A DNA stretch of 64,000 bases from Octopus sinensis (lineage: Eukaryota), in NCBI RefSeq assembly GCF_006345805.1, contig NC_043003.1:85002001-85066000 (forward strand), in the 5' to 3' direction. The notes under the pieces were generated by a model, which had not been told where the DNA came from, searched no databases, and saw only the letters and a list, made by a program, of their open reading frames with translations. Position numbers and translations under genes: made by a program. Positions 63,921-64,000 of this stretch are shown one piece after another. The stretch's first letter is position 1. Each line of letters opens with the position of its first letter.

Positions 63921-64000
63921 TATATGTTCAGTGTTATCAAAGTGTTGATATAACTAAGATTATTGCTATTGGTTACATAAGTTCTTCTGTACGAAATACT

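Overview
AT-rich, microsatellite- and transposon-dense animal DNA. The SINE and LINE families suggest a coleoid cephalopod, probably Octopus (inference). No database search was possible. (1) 1-5.8 kb: a young but frameshifted Tx1/L1-clade LINE ending in (TATC)n. (2) 6.8-15.9 kb (+): the last five coding exons of a multi-CUB-domain, single-pass membrane protein; the exons join in consistent phases. (3) 63.9 kb down to at least 27.8 kb (-): a micro-exon gene that the ORF track does not show. A signal-peptide exon is followed by 13 intact or nearly intact symmetric phase-1 micro-exons of 21, 30 or 36 nt, plus one 29-nt dead copy. Most sit one per unit in a ~1.75 kb tandem array (about 29.5-54.8 kb), so the apparent satellite is amplified intron+exon units. 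The spliced product is a secreted Thr/Pro/Ala-rich mucin-like protein: MKTIYLLIVVMAIVS-CVTSANGGPN-DTGPTSGRAR-[VP(G/V)TNTT or ATTAKTT]x9-(ATINPSASVT)-GPTNPTTTEK-GTSAAASFENPK-. Its 3' end is unresolved. The architecture resembles schistosome micro-exon genes (MEGs): exons diverge faster than the surrounding introns, and there is visible exon birth and death. The rest is decayed mobile DNA (R4/Dong-like, RTE, CR1/L2-like, Penelope-like with minimal hammerhead motifs, mariner/maT, tRNA-derived SINEs), fold-back palindromes and microsatellites.
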